A stretch of 63,997 nt of DNA, counting the filler, from Trypethelium eluteriae (lineage: Eukaryota), in the NCBI GenBank assembly GCA_051942245.1. It is 4 parts of 4 records of this genome, joined end to end, with 100 filler letters (N's around TTAATTAATTAA, not from the genome) between each part and the next. Parts side by side here need not be neighbours in the genome. Positions count along the whole stretch, not along the records: positions 1 to 16,714 come from JAVECL010000613.1; positions 16,815 to 33,514 come from JAVECL010000614.1; 2 more parts are not named here. One strand, given 5' to 3'. Each line of letters opens with the position of its first letter. The stretch's first letter is position 1. The notes below the pieces were generated by a model, which was not told the DNA's origin, did not search any database, and worked only from the letters and a program-made list of their open reading frames with translations. Of the stretch, positions 11,906-24,230 are shown piece after piece. A program made the translations under genes and the position numbers.

Positions 11906-12653
11906 TCATGATACGACTTCTCCATCAGGAGCATCCGATGTTGCTCCAGCGGCAGCTAACTCTTCAGCGGCAGGCGTTTGTGGAATGTCCACGAGGACAG
12001 CGGGGTCTCGGCTCCGTGAGCTGAGGAGGGCGGCTCGGTGCTATTTTTATTTTTATTTCATTAGCAAATGTTCCTTGTTCGAATATTTGTATTTTTCATT
12101 TTTAAATTTTTTTCCATATCACTCGCCCCCAGCGGGAGACCTTTTTTTCCCGTTGGGGGTCTCCCCGACACAATTTCCTTTGTTTCATTGTTTTTTCTTC
12201 TTGTGTACGAGTATACAGCAAATTCGTGTATTTTTAATTTTGTAAACTCACCTCCCGTAGCTCTGCAGTCTCCTCCTCCCTTGCCCCTTCCGCCATCTCC
12301 CCTTCTCCCTCTCGATTGCCCCCAATCTGCCCATTCATCCTCAGCGCCGCGGCATCGATGCCGGCTCCCACCCTCGCCCCCTCGATACTCGCCTCTGCGA
12401 TCGCTGCTGCCCCTTCCCCTCGTCCGCCGGGTGGACTCGCTAACGTGCTCCCGGGGCTCATCGTGCTGTTCGTGGTTGCAGACGTGACACCAGTGCTGTC
12501 GAGGGTTTCGGCTCGGGGCGGAAAGCGGTGGTGGGTAGGGAGGCGGGGAGACGTAGGGGTACCATCCAGTTCGACGGGTTCGCGATTGATAGGGGGGATG
12601 TTAGTAGTAAGGGTGGGCTTTTGCGAGGGCGGTCTGGGGTTGGCGGAGGTCAT
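11906..12653 (-). CDS. Small hypothetical protein, two exons
   Basis: ATG at 12653; NREPVELDGTPTSP motif. Intron 12041-12251 (GTGAGT...GCTAAT...TAG) joins in frame to HRAALLSSRSRDPAVLVDIPQTPAAEE...VS*. Confidence 0.7.
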
Positions 12654-13935
12654 GATCGGGTACTCTTGTATCCTTTCTTTGCTTTTGTAGAGTGAGTCGT
12701 TCGCTTTCGTCCGGGCAATGGATTGAAATTTAGGGAGGGAGTGAGGATGCAAGGATCTTAATGGCGCTTTTGAGCTCGAGCGAGCAGCGGCTCTAGAAAC
12801 AGAGGCAGGCAGAACTGGTGGCAATGGCGAAGGGCAAAAGACAGCAGGCGGAGCTGAAAAGTCCAATGTTGGCTGAGGCTAATTGTCAAGCCGTGCGTAG
12901 CAAAACGAAACGAGCTCGGGCGAATCGCTCGTCAGCAACGGATTGCGAAAGCGCGGGCGAAGAATGGGGCGAACCGTGACGACACCGTCTATGTAGGCAG
13001 GTACGTCAGGTTTGACCGGTTGCAGAATATCTGCGGTGGATTTGTCTACAGAGGAGGAAGGGCAAGTTCAGGGGATCGGGAGAGTGGGCAATGCGCCTGT
13101 GCGGGTGTGGCTAGCTGAGAGGTTACGGATATACATGGAGCATCGATATGAGGGCGGACCTAGTGCTGGTGGTAGGGAACGGGAGGGGAAGGCAGCAGCA
13201 CATCATCATCTTGCTTAAGGGCGAAGCGGGGCAATTGGTCCCTGCCTAAGGTAGAGGCTTTGTTTGAAAAGGCTCAGGACTGAGACAGTGCAGACAATGC
13301 GAAGTAGTCATATCATTAGTTACCATACCACCTACACTCAAAGAGTATTCACTTTTGACCTGCCCTCAGACGATAAGGTATCGAACGCAATCAATATTGT
13401 TGAGTACCTTGATGTGCCTAAAATATGATCTAATACGATGGACGCATTAGGAAACCCCTCAGGATGGCCCAAACTGTTCACAGGAAATGGTACAGCTGCT
13501 CGCTCCCAAGTCGTATGTCCTTGGGTCAGAAATACCTGCATTTCCGTACGTCCTAAATCATTCTCCCAGCACTCGTATACGGTAAATATAGCTGCCCACC
13601 TTGCAGTATCCACGTAAGTCATCACGTAAGCGCCCATTTGAGACGAGATGAGACGAGATGTGAGCGCCTCTCATGACCTTTCTTGGATGCACAATCTTGC
13701 TGAAAGCTTGGTCTTGGTTGAGACAACGACCAGTCCCAGAATTCATACGAAGTAGTGGTTGACAGTTTTCACCAAGGCTCCCGGATAGCCCATGCAGCCG
13801 CTTTGCTGGCGTATGTCTATCATGTACACTGGAAATATAGCATTTCATCGAATCGAAAGTCCAAGAACAAAATTTATACTGAGTGCTTGTTGCGCTCAAG
13901 AGGCATATGCTCTCTTAACGCCTCCAATATTGATT

Positions 13936-15512
13936 TCAAAGCCGGCTACTTCTCTTGCGCTGGCGTAAATCCCGTCGCGTCTTCGTCGCACTGGCACTGC
14001 TTGCTGAACCCACCCAAGCATTGTAAACTGCAACACCGTTAGGCCAACTGTCCATGATGGCCGGACCTGTCCCAGATGCAACAGGACTGCCATCCCTTTC
14101 GATCCCCACTGTGACATTACCCGTCTTGCCCGTGAAGCTGCGCGAAAAGTGGTTCAATCCAACCTGAGTAGCGGGAATGCTCTCGGGATCCTCGTCGCCA
14201 ATTTGGAACGTGATGGTCGCAGGCAGCGACTTGATCAGGGCGGTGAAGAAGACGGCATCCTCGAGGATCTGGTCAATTGGATAGCATGTTGAGTCGGTGG
14301 TAGGTGCGATGTTGACAGAGCTCGGGCAGTCGTTACCCGTCACGTCACCGGCTGATCCGGACACAGCGGGTGCGAGACGGTACCAGTATTGTATGATCTC
14401 TTCATCGATAGCTGGGGCAGAGTCGCCTTTGTACATGGCGATATAGTATGGGAGGAGGCTCCTCCAGCCGGAGTGGTCGTAACCATTTACATATGTAGCC
14501 GCACTGTTGCCCTCGTTGTCAGAGGGGATGCCAGCCTCGTCAATATCGTTGATGTAATGCGATTCGCCGTAGTCGTTCCAAGTCACGATCTCAACGAATT
14601 GAGGCTTCACGTCCAACACTTCCATCCAACGTAAATGCCATGTATCATCTCCACGCCAGACCCAAGCTTTGTGGTATCCAGGAAGATTCGTGTAGAACCA
14701 TGGAGACACACCCATCATGTACGACTTTCCGGAAAGGGCAGACTGCCAGGACTTGTCTACGTCGTCGGTGCTGTTGTTCGGCCCATGTGGCCACATGTCC
14801 CAGCTGAAGGCTCCCTGAATGATGTCGGAGTACTGGCCAATTCCGTTAGGTCCAAGACTTGTCCAGTCTGGCATGAAAAAGATCCCACCCGGAACAGAAG
14901 AGCTAATGCCACTCCAGTCTCCGGTATTGGAGGTGCCCTCGAATGTCGATACCAAAGGCTGACCGTTGGCTTTGTAATACGCAGCATTACCGGCATACTG
15001 GGAAAGGACTGACTCCACATCACTCGCGACCCACGCGCCATCGCTACCGCCTAAGTAGTCAAATGAGAAGAGGAGCTTGAAGTCGCCCGGTTGAGCGGCG
15101 GCGGCAGCAAACGCGTTGGCGATCTGGGTTTGTGTCGTTCCTGCTAGAGGCGTCCCAATGTTGAGGACAAATCCGTCAATAGTAGCCTCTTGAGCCACGC
15201 CTATTTCGGTCTGCCACTGCGCGACATCATAGCTAGCCGTGTTGCCAACCTGCAGAGACGATGCTCAGTATGTTTCTTCGAATGAGTGCATTCTAGTCAT
15301 AATCGTAACGGGGGTATCGTGGAAAATATTGTTATTCCACCTGGGGCGATGAAGTTCAAGATGCCATCTTAGCTGTTACAGCTGTGTAGTGCAACAAAAA
15401 CTCTTGAACTAAAGTGCATACTTACAATGACATGGGCGAATACCGCTGGCCCAACCTGAGCGTTCACTGCCGCTGCAGCAGTGCAGAGCAAGAATAGGAA
15501 CTGTGACAACAT
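13936..15512 (-). CDS. Secreted glycoside hydrolase family 71 alpha-1,3-glucanase (mutanase)
   Basis: Signal peptide MLSQFLFLLCTAAAAVNA and VFAHVI|VGNT across intron 15250-15425. IDGFVLN, FSFDY, PLVSTFEG, YMMGVSPWFYT and VEIVTWNDYGESHYI motifs. Confidence 0.93.
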
Positions 15513-16714
15513 TATTACGAGAATGAGCGACGTGAAGACAGAACCCAACAGGCAAGAGTCAATAAGACCGCTCTCCGCGAACTTTAAGTAAAAGCCCTCA
15601 TCCCTTGTACTACATAGCGTCCGTTCGAACTGTACCCACTGTGCGCTATCCCACGTCTCCACGGTCTTCCAACGCCTTACCTTAGCGCTTCGCAATTTCG
15701 GCCTGAAGAGCAATCGGGGGCCATTTGAGTGGCCGTCTCGCTTTCCCCGGCCTCTCCGGAAGGTCGACGTTGGAGGCGTTGATCAAATAGGGTTACTTGC
15801 TTCCCGTTGCAACATGAAACAACTAATTAGGGCGAACTTCTTGGATTGCTCGATTTGGTCTCGCTTAGGCAGGGGGCTCACTTCTTGCAAGAATTATAGC
15901 GTAGCTTTCCTCGGCGTAGAGAGACAGGAATAGAAAGGTCTTGACATTAATCAGTCCCTTTGCTCGGATAGCTGATGCTTCCTTTCAGATGGCTTCTCAA
16001 AGGACATTAAAGGCCAATCGGCAACTCCGGCACGCAAGCCTGGCCTGTGGGAAGTAGTGGGTGAGATGAAATCGTCGTCCGATAAATAATGTGGGTTCAG
16101 TCGAAAATAATATATGTGACAAGAAGGATGCGCTAGTAAACAGAGTTTATGTTGTGCAGTCTCTCGCAATCGTATCTCATTGGATCCATTCTAAAAAACC
16201 TTTGGGTCGCTATTGTTGGCTACGCGTACGTAATGGTACCAGCGACTACCTATTTCAGCTACCTATTTATGTCTGTACCACTCCGAGTCGAACGCTGTAT
16301 GGAGCAACGCGACCGTAAGGTTCACTATGATTGGCATGCTGATGCTCATAGCTTCACCAAGTCTTTGCTTGATTGAAGATCTCACATAAACCATGGAAAC
16401 CAGGAGCCCGGAGAAGATCCAGCATTCGAGCAGACATCTTCGAGAGACGAAGGGCTCCGCGGTTCAAGAAAGAATTTGCCGATTTAGAAGACGCAAAGAG
16501 TGTTGCAATGCTACAGAGGGTTAAAGATGCAATGCACTTTCCAATACTCAAGACTCCTCAACAATGGTAGCAACCGACGTAATTTACACTGTGAGCCTCA
16601 AGACACCGCCCTTCAAAGCTCAACCATGCTTTTCGCTCATCCCGCCCAAAATCTCATCACTGCTTCTCCCTCCCTTCTCCCTATCCGTATACCTCCCTGA
16701 AAACCCCTCCAATC

Positions 16715-16814
16715 NNNNNNNNNNNNNNNNNNNNNNNNNNNNNNNNNNNNNNNNNNNNTTAATTAATTAANNNNNNNNNNNNNNNNNNNNNNNNNNNNNN
16801 NNNNNNNNNNNNNN
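16715..16814. other. Assembly linker (N44-TTAATTAATTAA-N44)
   Basis: N runs around a 12-mer that has stops in all six frames; identical at three places. Confidence 0.98.
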
Positions 16815-16816
16815 CG

Positions 16817-16984
16817 TCGAGGATGGAGGTGGGACAGGGGAGGGTACAGTATATTGGGGATGAGGGCGATGGAGGGATGCAAAGGGTGCAGAGTGTGAGG
16901 AGGGAGTATGTGGATGATCCGATGGAAGGGGTGGATGATGGTTATAATGGCTTGGCGGGACGTCGCGTGGAATATAGGTACTGA
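16817..16984 (+). CDS. Probable 3' end of an unidentified gene cut by the contig start
   Basis: Frame is open from the gap to TGA 16982-16984 (SRMEVGQGRVQYIGDEG...GLAGRRVEYRY*), with G-ending codon bias like other gene ends here. No family recognised. Confidence 0.45.
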   Translation, partial: SRMEVGQGRVQYIGDEGDGGMQRVQSVRREYVDDPMEGVDDGYNGLAGRRVEYRY

Positions 16985-17923
16985 GCAATCGGTTAGCTGA
17001 GTGTGGAGGTTGGAAGGGACGGTTTGTGGGATTGGAGAAGATCGATGGCCTCACGGCGTTTTCCTATACTCTGTTGTTTATTGGGGCAGAGGATCAATCG
17101 GTTCCTGGGATGCATCAGCCTGGAGAGATTCTTGTTGTTCCTTTCTTTTCTTTTTTCGGCCAGCTCATCGATTTAAATGAGGCCTAGCCATCAGTGTTGT
17201 AAGACTATTTATCTGGTGACCATGCGAAACAATGAATTTGTATTTCTATGAAATGAACAATGTTTCAGATGCAATCTAGACTAATACAGATGTAAATCGA
17301 GAGAGCTCACTACGGGGCTTCGTTCATCTAACATCACCTTTGGACCTTGAATCTCGCGCCAGTGCAATGATGAGAGCTGCTCCGTACAGTGAACAAGATT
17401 CCAGTCTTTGCACACCATAATTTTTCTTTCGCTCTTTTCCCCTTCAGGCATCTGCAGATTACTAGGTCCTGTAGTTTTTCTTTGCGTCGACTGGTTGGAT
17501 ATGGCATCATCCGCCCTAGTCAGGCATCAAGCCGAACCTCAATGGACGTCCATCTGAACACCCAATGATGCCCATCACAGACAAGATTGCCGCAGACCGT
17601 TGCAAGGCACGGTGGGGTAGAGACGCGATCTATGCCATGACATTCATAAGCCCGAGAGCTCCTTCCTAGCTGGACCAGGATGTCTGACATCTACACGGCT
17701 GGAGTTTGCCCTGTTAAAAGACGCGTTCTTCTATTCCGGCAGGTATATCCATGAGGGATTGTGCCGCTTTCGTTTTTCTAGCATTCATACTATGCCTCTG
17801 ACTTTCATACTGCTGTTCTTTCCTTATCTTGTGTTATGCTCTTAATCCTGGAGGATATCCAATTTCATTCAAGGTCAAAGAAGGACTAGCTTGAAGTCGA
17901 CCATTTCTAAAGCTTCTATCACC

Positions 17924-19614
17924 ATGGAGAAAGACATCGATTCCGGCACCAAGCCCGCCACCATCGAAGAAGGCGATACCAACACGCAGGACTCTCCTCG
18001 CTCCCTCCCCCTCCCTACCTCCTCCTCCGACGTCGATGACACCTATGACCTCTACAAGCAGCATGCCGCCGATGACATTTCCGCCGCCGAAGCCAAGCGC
18101 GTCCTGCGCAAGATCGACCTGCGCATCCTGCCCATCCTCATTGTCACCTACCTGCTGCAGTACCTCGACAAGAACGGCATCAACTACGCGAGCGTGTACG
18201 GCTTGCAAAAGGGCACAGGCCTGCACGGCCAGGACTATTCCTGGCTGAGCTCCATCTTCTACTTCGGATATCTCGTCGCGCAGTACCCCGCGGGATATGC
18301 CATGCAGCGGCTGCCCATTGCGAAGGTCCTGGGGTTCACGACGCTCGGATGGGGCATCATTCTGATCACGACGCCGGCATGTCATAATTTTGCCGGCATC
18401 GCGGTGAATCGCTTTCTCCTGGGAGCGGTGGAGGCGGCGATTAATCCGGGCTTTGTGCTTATGATGAGTATGTGGTATTCAGCTTCCGAGCAACCACTAC
18501 GATTGGAGGCATACTACTGCACGAATGGTGTTTCTACCATGTTCGGTGGCTTAATAGGGTATGCGGTTGGACATATCACGACTGGATTAGCCAAGTGGAT
18601 GTATGTCTTCCTGATTTTCGGAGCCTGCAGTATCGCTTGGGGTGTCGTCTCTTTAATGGTCCTCCCGGATCTCCCAGCGACAGCCAGATTTTTGAATGAG
18701 AGAGAACGTATCGTGGCTGTGGACCGGGTCGCTGGGAATCGCCAGGGGATCAAGAATCATAATTTCAAGGTTAATCAGGCATGGCAGACGCTGTATGATC
18801 CGAAGACATGGATTCTGTTTGTGATGGCCGTCGGGGCTCAGATACCGAATTCCGCGATCACGAGCTTCACCTCGATCATCGTGGGCTCTTTTGGTTTTGA
18901 TACGCTTGGAACACAGTATCTCCAAATACCTGGGGGTGCCATCCAGTTCCTGGCACTCCTAATAGGGGGTTACATATGCACCAGGTATCCTAATATGCGC
19001 TGTATTACAATGATTGTGTCAAATACTATCTGCATTGTTGGCGCTGCAATGCTCGTCGGGTTACCGGACTCTAACAAATGGGGTCGCCTGGTGGGACTCT
19101 GGCTCTGTTTCTTTCAGGGACTGGGATTCAGTCTGAGCCTGACGATGGTCAGCAGTAATATCGCAGGGTATGTCTTTTATCTGTCTTGTGTATGGGTGAA
19201 AAAAAATAGTGTTCTAATCCACGTACGCTAGGTATACAAAGAAGCAACTAACAGGTGCAGCGCTGTTTGTGGGATACTGTGTTGGTAATATTATTGGACC
19301 TCAGACCTTCAAGACCAGTGAAGCTCCACGATATCCATCTGCCTATATTGCGTAAGTATTCGCTCTGTCCCGATAGCTGGCCCTTTTTTTTTTTGCTAAT
19401 ACGAGATGTATTTTGTAGTATGCTGATCGGTTACTGTATTAAACTTGCCATGGTAATCGTCTTATACGTGTACATGTATAGCGTTAACAAGAAGCGAGAT
19501 CGTGAGGCTGAAGCCGAGGGGACGGCTGGACTGGTGGAAGAGCGAGAGGCGATTGAAAATGGCATGAGAGACGAGACTGAGCTAGACAACAAGTACTTCC
19601 GGTATTCCCTATAA
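17924..19614 (+). CDS. MFS transporter, allantoate permease (Dal5/ACS) family
   Basis: VLRKIDLRILP, LQYLDK, YSWLSSIFYFGYL, WYSASEQPLR, LPDLPATARFLNERER, SSNIAG|YTKK and GNIIGPQTF motifs, ending DETELDNKYFRYSL. Introns about 19168-19231 and 19352-19418. Confidence 0.92.
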
Positions 19615-19680
19615 AAGTGTCAATGAAATAAAATAGATAGTCCGGAAGAGCTTATGTGGTCGCTGCAATATCTTACTACA

Positions 19681-20340
19681 TACACGCCACATCTCAAGAA
19701 GCAAAGAGATCCGGTCCGCTGTGAGGTCATCGGTATCCGACTGCTCAGAGACGCCCTACGCAGCATTTCGGACCTTTTGGTTGGCCTCTTCTAACTTTAA
19801 TGTGCTGCAGTCCGTACTCGTATCATCATAGGAACGTGCTCTAATCTTGCTCTTAGCACTTTTACGAGCTTTGGAAATCTTCTTCTGCTTTCCTTTTTCG
19901 CTTGTGATCGTGTTCTCATCATCATCAATTTCGGTTTCAACAATGATCAGGGCAGCTTTGCGCTTTCCCTTGCTGCTGCTCAGAGTAGCGGGGCCGGGTT
20001 GACGGGCGGGTTTGGGTTATTGAGGCGTTGAAAACAATTTCTGAGCTTGTTGCAATTGCATTTTCAATCCCACCTCGCGCTCGTGCCTCTTCATGATGGT
20101 ATTGTACCATAGCCTGACCCTCTACATATCCTAAGTTGTTATTGTGGGTAACAAGCTTTCGAACATACTCTGATTCCAGACGCGGCGATAATGAGGAACA
20201 AATCCGTTGACACCGTCATCTTCGCTGTCGCGGAAGGAGCTCCAAATGTCAAAATCAAAACTCCCATCAGCCAACTTGTTATGACGGTATTCTTTTTCGA
20301 TGGTAGGCCTCCTGGGTGGCAGGAGCAGGCATAACCTGGA
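19681..20340 (-). pseudogene. Decayed ORF of unknown family with four in-frame TAG/TAA stops
   Basis: One frame reads about 220 codons (PTIEKEYRHNKLADGSFDFDIWSSFRD...KGKRKAA...EIDDDEN...KQKKISKARKSAKSK) with only four stops, none TGA. Confidence 0.45.
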
Positions 20341-20857
20341 AGTATGGGATAGCTTACCTAATCTACATCTACGCTATCCTGGATCGGGATTGAATGGGAT
20401 GAATAATCGCATAACTATCACCACTATCCTTAGTTTCGTTTAGTTTCTTATTATCTCAAACACAGAAGCGCCGCAATCGGGGTTCATATTATCGAACGTG
20501 TGCACTTATCTGAAAAAATACCGCAAGCGTTTGAAGTGAAAAGGAAAAAAAAGGTATGTAAACGATATACAATTTGTTTGGAAAGCCACAGTGGGTTTTA
20601 AAAACCCGCATGGATTAGCTACATCAGCAGTTAGTCGTTGTTATGCTCAGCTCCGATGGTCGACATTCCATCTGCTTGGTCTCCTATTTGACAGGAGCTT
20701 CTCAACAGCATCAGCACCATTGCGGCGAAGTGGTTATGTTGGATGAAGGTCCACAGTGGCTGGCTGTCCGTCTCACCACCACCGAGTTGGCGTGCGTCAA
20801 CTCCAAAGATTTCAAGGCTTGAAGGCATCTCCCGCCTCTCGCACCCGAGATGTCGAC

Positions 20858-22772
20858 ATGTCCTTCTTTGTTCGGTCAGCTTTCAACTCTCAGACGTATC
20901 TAGCCAACACGACAACACTTCCTCTCCGCATGAATTGGCTTCGCCAACGACTCTCCAGCACATCTCGACCAGCAGCTGCCGGAGCTTCAGCTCCACCTGT
21001 GTCCTCCGAGCCGAGATAAGACAAGCCGAATTTATACGACTTGAAAGTCATTAGAGACTGCGATGTGGAGAAGTTCTACAGCTATACCTCTGGAAGATGG
21101 CTTTGGAACGAGAAGCAGCAATTCGAGCGCCGCTACGTCAAATTCAACCTGCCTGAGCTCCTCAACGTAGCGGCCCGAGCCACCGGTGCGAGACGCTGCG
21201 TTGAAGTCCAGAAATTGCCAGAAGGGAATTTCAGCAAGGCCTTCTTGATCACAATGGACGACGGGCAGCAAATCATCGCAAAACTCCCGAACCCAAATGC
21301 TGGCCGGTCACATTATACTACTGCTAGCGAAGCCGCAACGATGGACTATGTGAGACGCTCACTCTTCTATCCCTTCTTCAGATTTGGATCAGTAGATAGC
21401 TAATGTGGTTGTCAATGTCAGGTCCGGAACATTCTTCAAATACCCGCCCCCAATGTTCTCGCTTGGAGTTCTTCGAGAGACAATCCGGTCGCGGCAGAAT
21501 ACATCCTGATGGAACGTAGCAGAGGCGTGGAGCTGGGTAAGATCTGGGATGAAGTGTCGTGGGAGGACAGACTTCAAATCGTCGAAAGCTTGGTCAGCTA
21601 CGAGAAAGCCTTTGTCTCGGCCAATCTGCCGATGTACGGCAGCATATACTATGCGAAGGATCTGAAGAACTTGAAATCGAGTCAATTGGTCCAGACAGGA
21701 GGATTAGACAACCAAGAAAAGTCCTTCGCCATTGGCCCAACCACGAACAGAGCGTTCTTCGACGATGGGAGGGATTCTGTCGAGGTCAATCGTGGCCCAT
21801 GTACGTTCCATTACTTCGCCTGATGGTCCCTAGGCTAATCTCATGACAGGGCCATCGCTCGAGGAATACATCTTTTCCCGCGCCGATCGAGAATTCGCAT
21901 GCCTGGACAAGTTCTCAACCTATCCGAGCCAGCAAGGGCTCACCAACGGTCCACACCTGTACCATCCTACCAAAACTTTCAAGCTCGAAGTCCTCCAGAA
22001 TTACATGAAGGTAGCATCTCGTATATTGGCAAATGATCCCGGCCTATCGAAAGCAGTGTTGTGGCATTCTGATCTACATGCTGACAATATATTCGTCGAT
22101 CCGAATCAACCAACAAAGATACTAGATATCATCGACTGGCAAGCCGTGAACGTGTCGCCACCTTTTCTTCAGGCTCGCCATCCGTCACTTATTAACTTCG
22201 AGGGGCCGATCCCCGAGGGTTTTGATCCAATCCTGCTTCCAGATAATTTCGAGCAGCTAAGCAAGGAAGAGCAACAGCAGGCCAAGAATCTTCGGGCCGC
22301 CCAATCCATCTACAAGCTCTATGAGATTCAAATGCTTGGTGAGTGCCCCGAGATTGCTCGTGCGCTGCGCTACAGAGAATCTCTCCTTGGACAAATCACA
22401 GGGATTGCAAGTTCTGTGGCCAGTGATGGGGAAGTGATTCTTCAAGGAATGCTCATACAACTACACGACAACTGGTCCGAGTGTATCGGATCTTCCACCC
22501 CGTGCCCCCTTACCTTTTCTGCAAATGATCGGACCCAACAAGCAGAACTTCAGGCCAAATGGAGTGAAGGTGTTGAACTCATGCACGATCTACTGACTGA
22601 CATTGGCGCTTACCAAGGATGGGATGGTTGGGTCAATCACGACAATTATGAAATATACAAGGAACGGCTAGCCAGGTGCCGAGAGGAATTCTTCAATCGT
22701 CATGCGGCAACCGAAGGTGAGAAAAGACAGTGGGCTCAAGCTTGGCCATTTGAGGATAAGCCGGACTTATAG
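20858..22772 (+). CDS. Aim9-like APH/phosphotransferase-family protein; 5' structure uncertain
   Basis: FYSYTSGRWLWNE, KLPEGNFSKAF, IAKLPNPNAG, TASEAATMDY, YGSIYY, LWHSDLHADNIFV, IIDWQ and terminal WPF motifs. Introns 21349-21421 and 21801-21850. An in-frame TAA at 21017-21019 lies upstream of the conserved domain. Confidence 0.82.
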
Positions 22773-24230
22773 GACAGAACATGACGATTGATTTTAGGAA
22801 CATGGGCTTCCAAGTATTTTGTTAAGATCGGTATCATTTCCAGTCTGAGAGAGCTTGGTCTGGGTTCGGTTGTGTCTCTTGGTCTGAGTTTGTTGTCGCT
22901 TTTCTGTCCAATCGACCCGCCAGATGCAAAAATCCCGAGTTTCAGCCTCGATGAAGGCATTATGTCTTCTTGCTGCTACCCTTCTCATGGGGCTCATCGA
23001 TCGGCCACTCGTCTGATCACTTTAGCTGTCACTTGGAAAAAAAGAACTGGAATCCCTTATTCTGGAAAATAGAGGGGTGCCGGTGTGGGGCACCTGTATA
23101 TATAGCTGTACACTACATAGCCGCCTCCAGGTCGACTGAGATAGCCTATGAATCAACAGTAATATGGTAATAATGATAAGTTCTCCATTCCCAACCTAAG
23201 CGTCTTAAGCTTACTAATCCTCGTCCTAGGACCGATTCTGTCCCAGTATACTTAGTTCTAAAAAACAATTTGTACTAATACATCTTGTTCTAGGACGACT
23301 TTTACCCCAATATTCAGTCTATGACACGTCTTTACCAATTCACCAAAAACCATAGACCATAGATCAAAGGCTAGATCCTCTCTCCGCATCTGTCAAGAGG
23401 TCCTATTGGGAAGATACGTCCTGCTGAAGGTTGGCAGGAAATGTATGTTATTAGTAAGGGAGGGATCACCATCACCTTCATCTCACGTATTTGTAGCACC
23501 GTCGTGCCTAGTCAGTGGTAGAACTCACATAAGAATGTCAAGGAATAGCAGCCATATCGACATTGACTCTGACTTGGATCGCTACTGTTCAATTCTACCC
23601 CAAAAATCCGCTCAACAATCATCATGACAAGTCGCATATGTACAGTCTCATAATCTCGCCTGCTCACAATCTCGTTTGGCGTCTCTCGAACGACTGTTAA
23701 TCGAAGACATGCGCCAGCGCACCAACCCAGACGTATCAAGTCGACAAGAACTGCAGGCCCAAGAAGACCCATGGGGGAATAACTTAAATTCAGGACATGA
23801 TAGAACCAAGCCACCAGGAAAATAAACACCGCTTCCCTCCCTAGGTTCCCAAATCGCCATAAAAGACTAGAAAGGAAGATGAAGGGAAGAGAGATGGGAT
23901 AAAATCGCAGCCAAATAACACGCTAATCATTTTTTCTGAATCCCAGGTGGGAGAAGCAGATCAACAAGCACCCAAGTGATTCCCAATAGATGATCCTAAT
24001 CAATCGTGTCAAGCGCGTGAGTGGAAAGGAGGGAAATGAAGAATTTCCAATTTCGCACCAAGCACTCAAGTATTCGTAGAAAGGGTTGGGAGTGGTCCAA
24101 CCTGCATACCGCTCCACTTACTATGTCTCAAAAATATGTGCGCTTCCTAAACTTCATTCCGAACTCGCTTTTCAAGAAGTCGACCAGCTAGATCTCTTAG
24201 TCTCTTTACCTCCTGCAAGCCCCCACCCCC

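Noticed and set aside
15950..16714. Short ORFs upstream of the first gap
   Set aside because: No motifs, consistent splice structure or codon bias.
16759..16770. Palindromic TTAATTAATTAA recurring about every 16.8 kb
   Set aside because: Artificial six-frame-stop linker inside N runs; the periodicity reflects contig size sorting.
23180..23330. TA-rich stretch with a degenerate CTAGGAC...CCCA.TAT duplication
   Set aside because: Could be an old transposon scrap, but too short and diverged to support a call.
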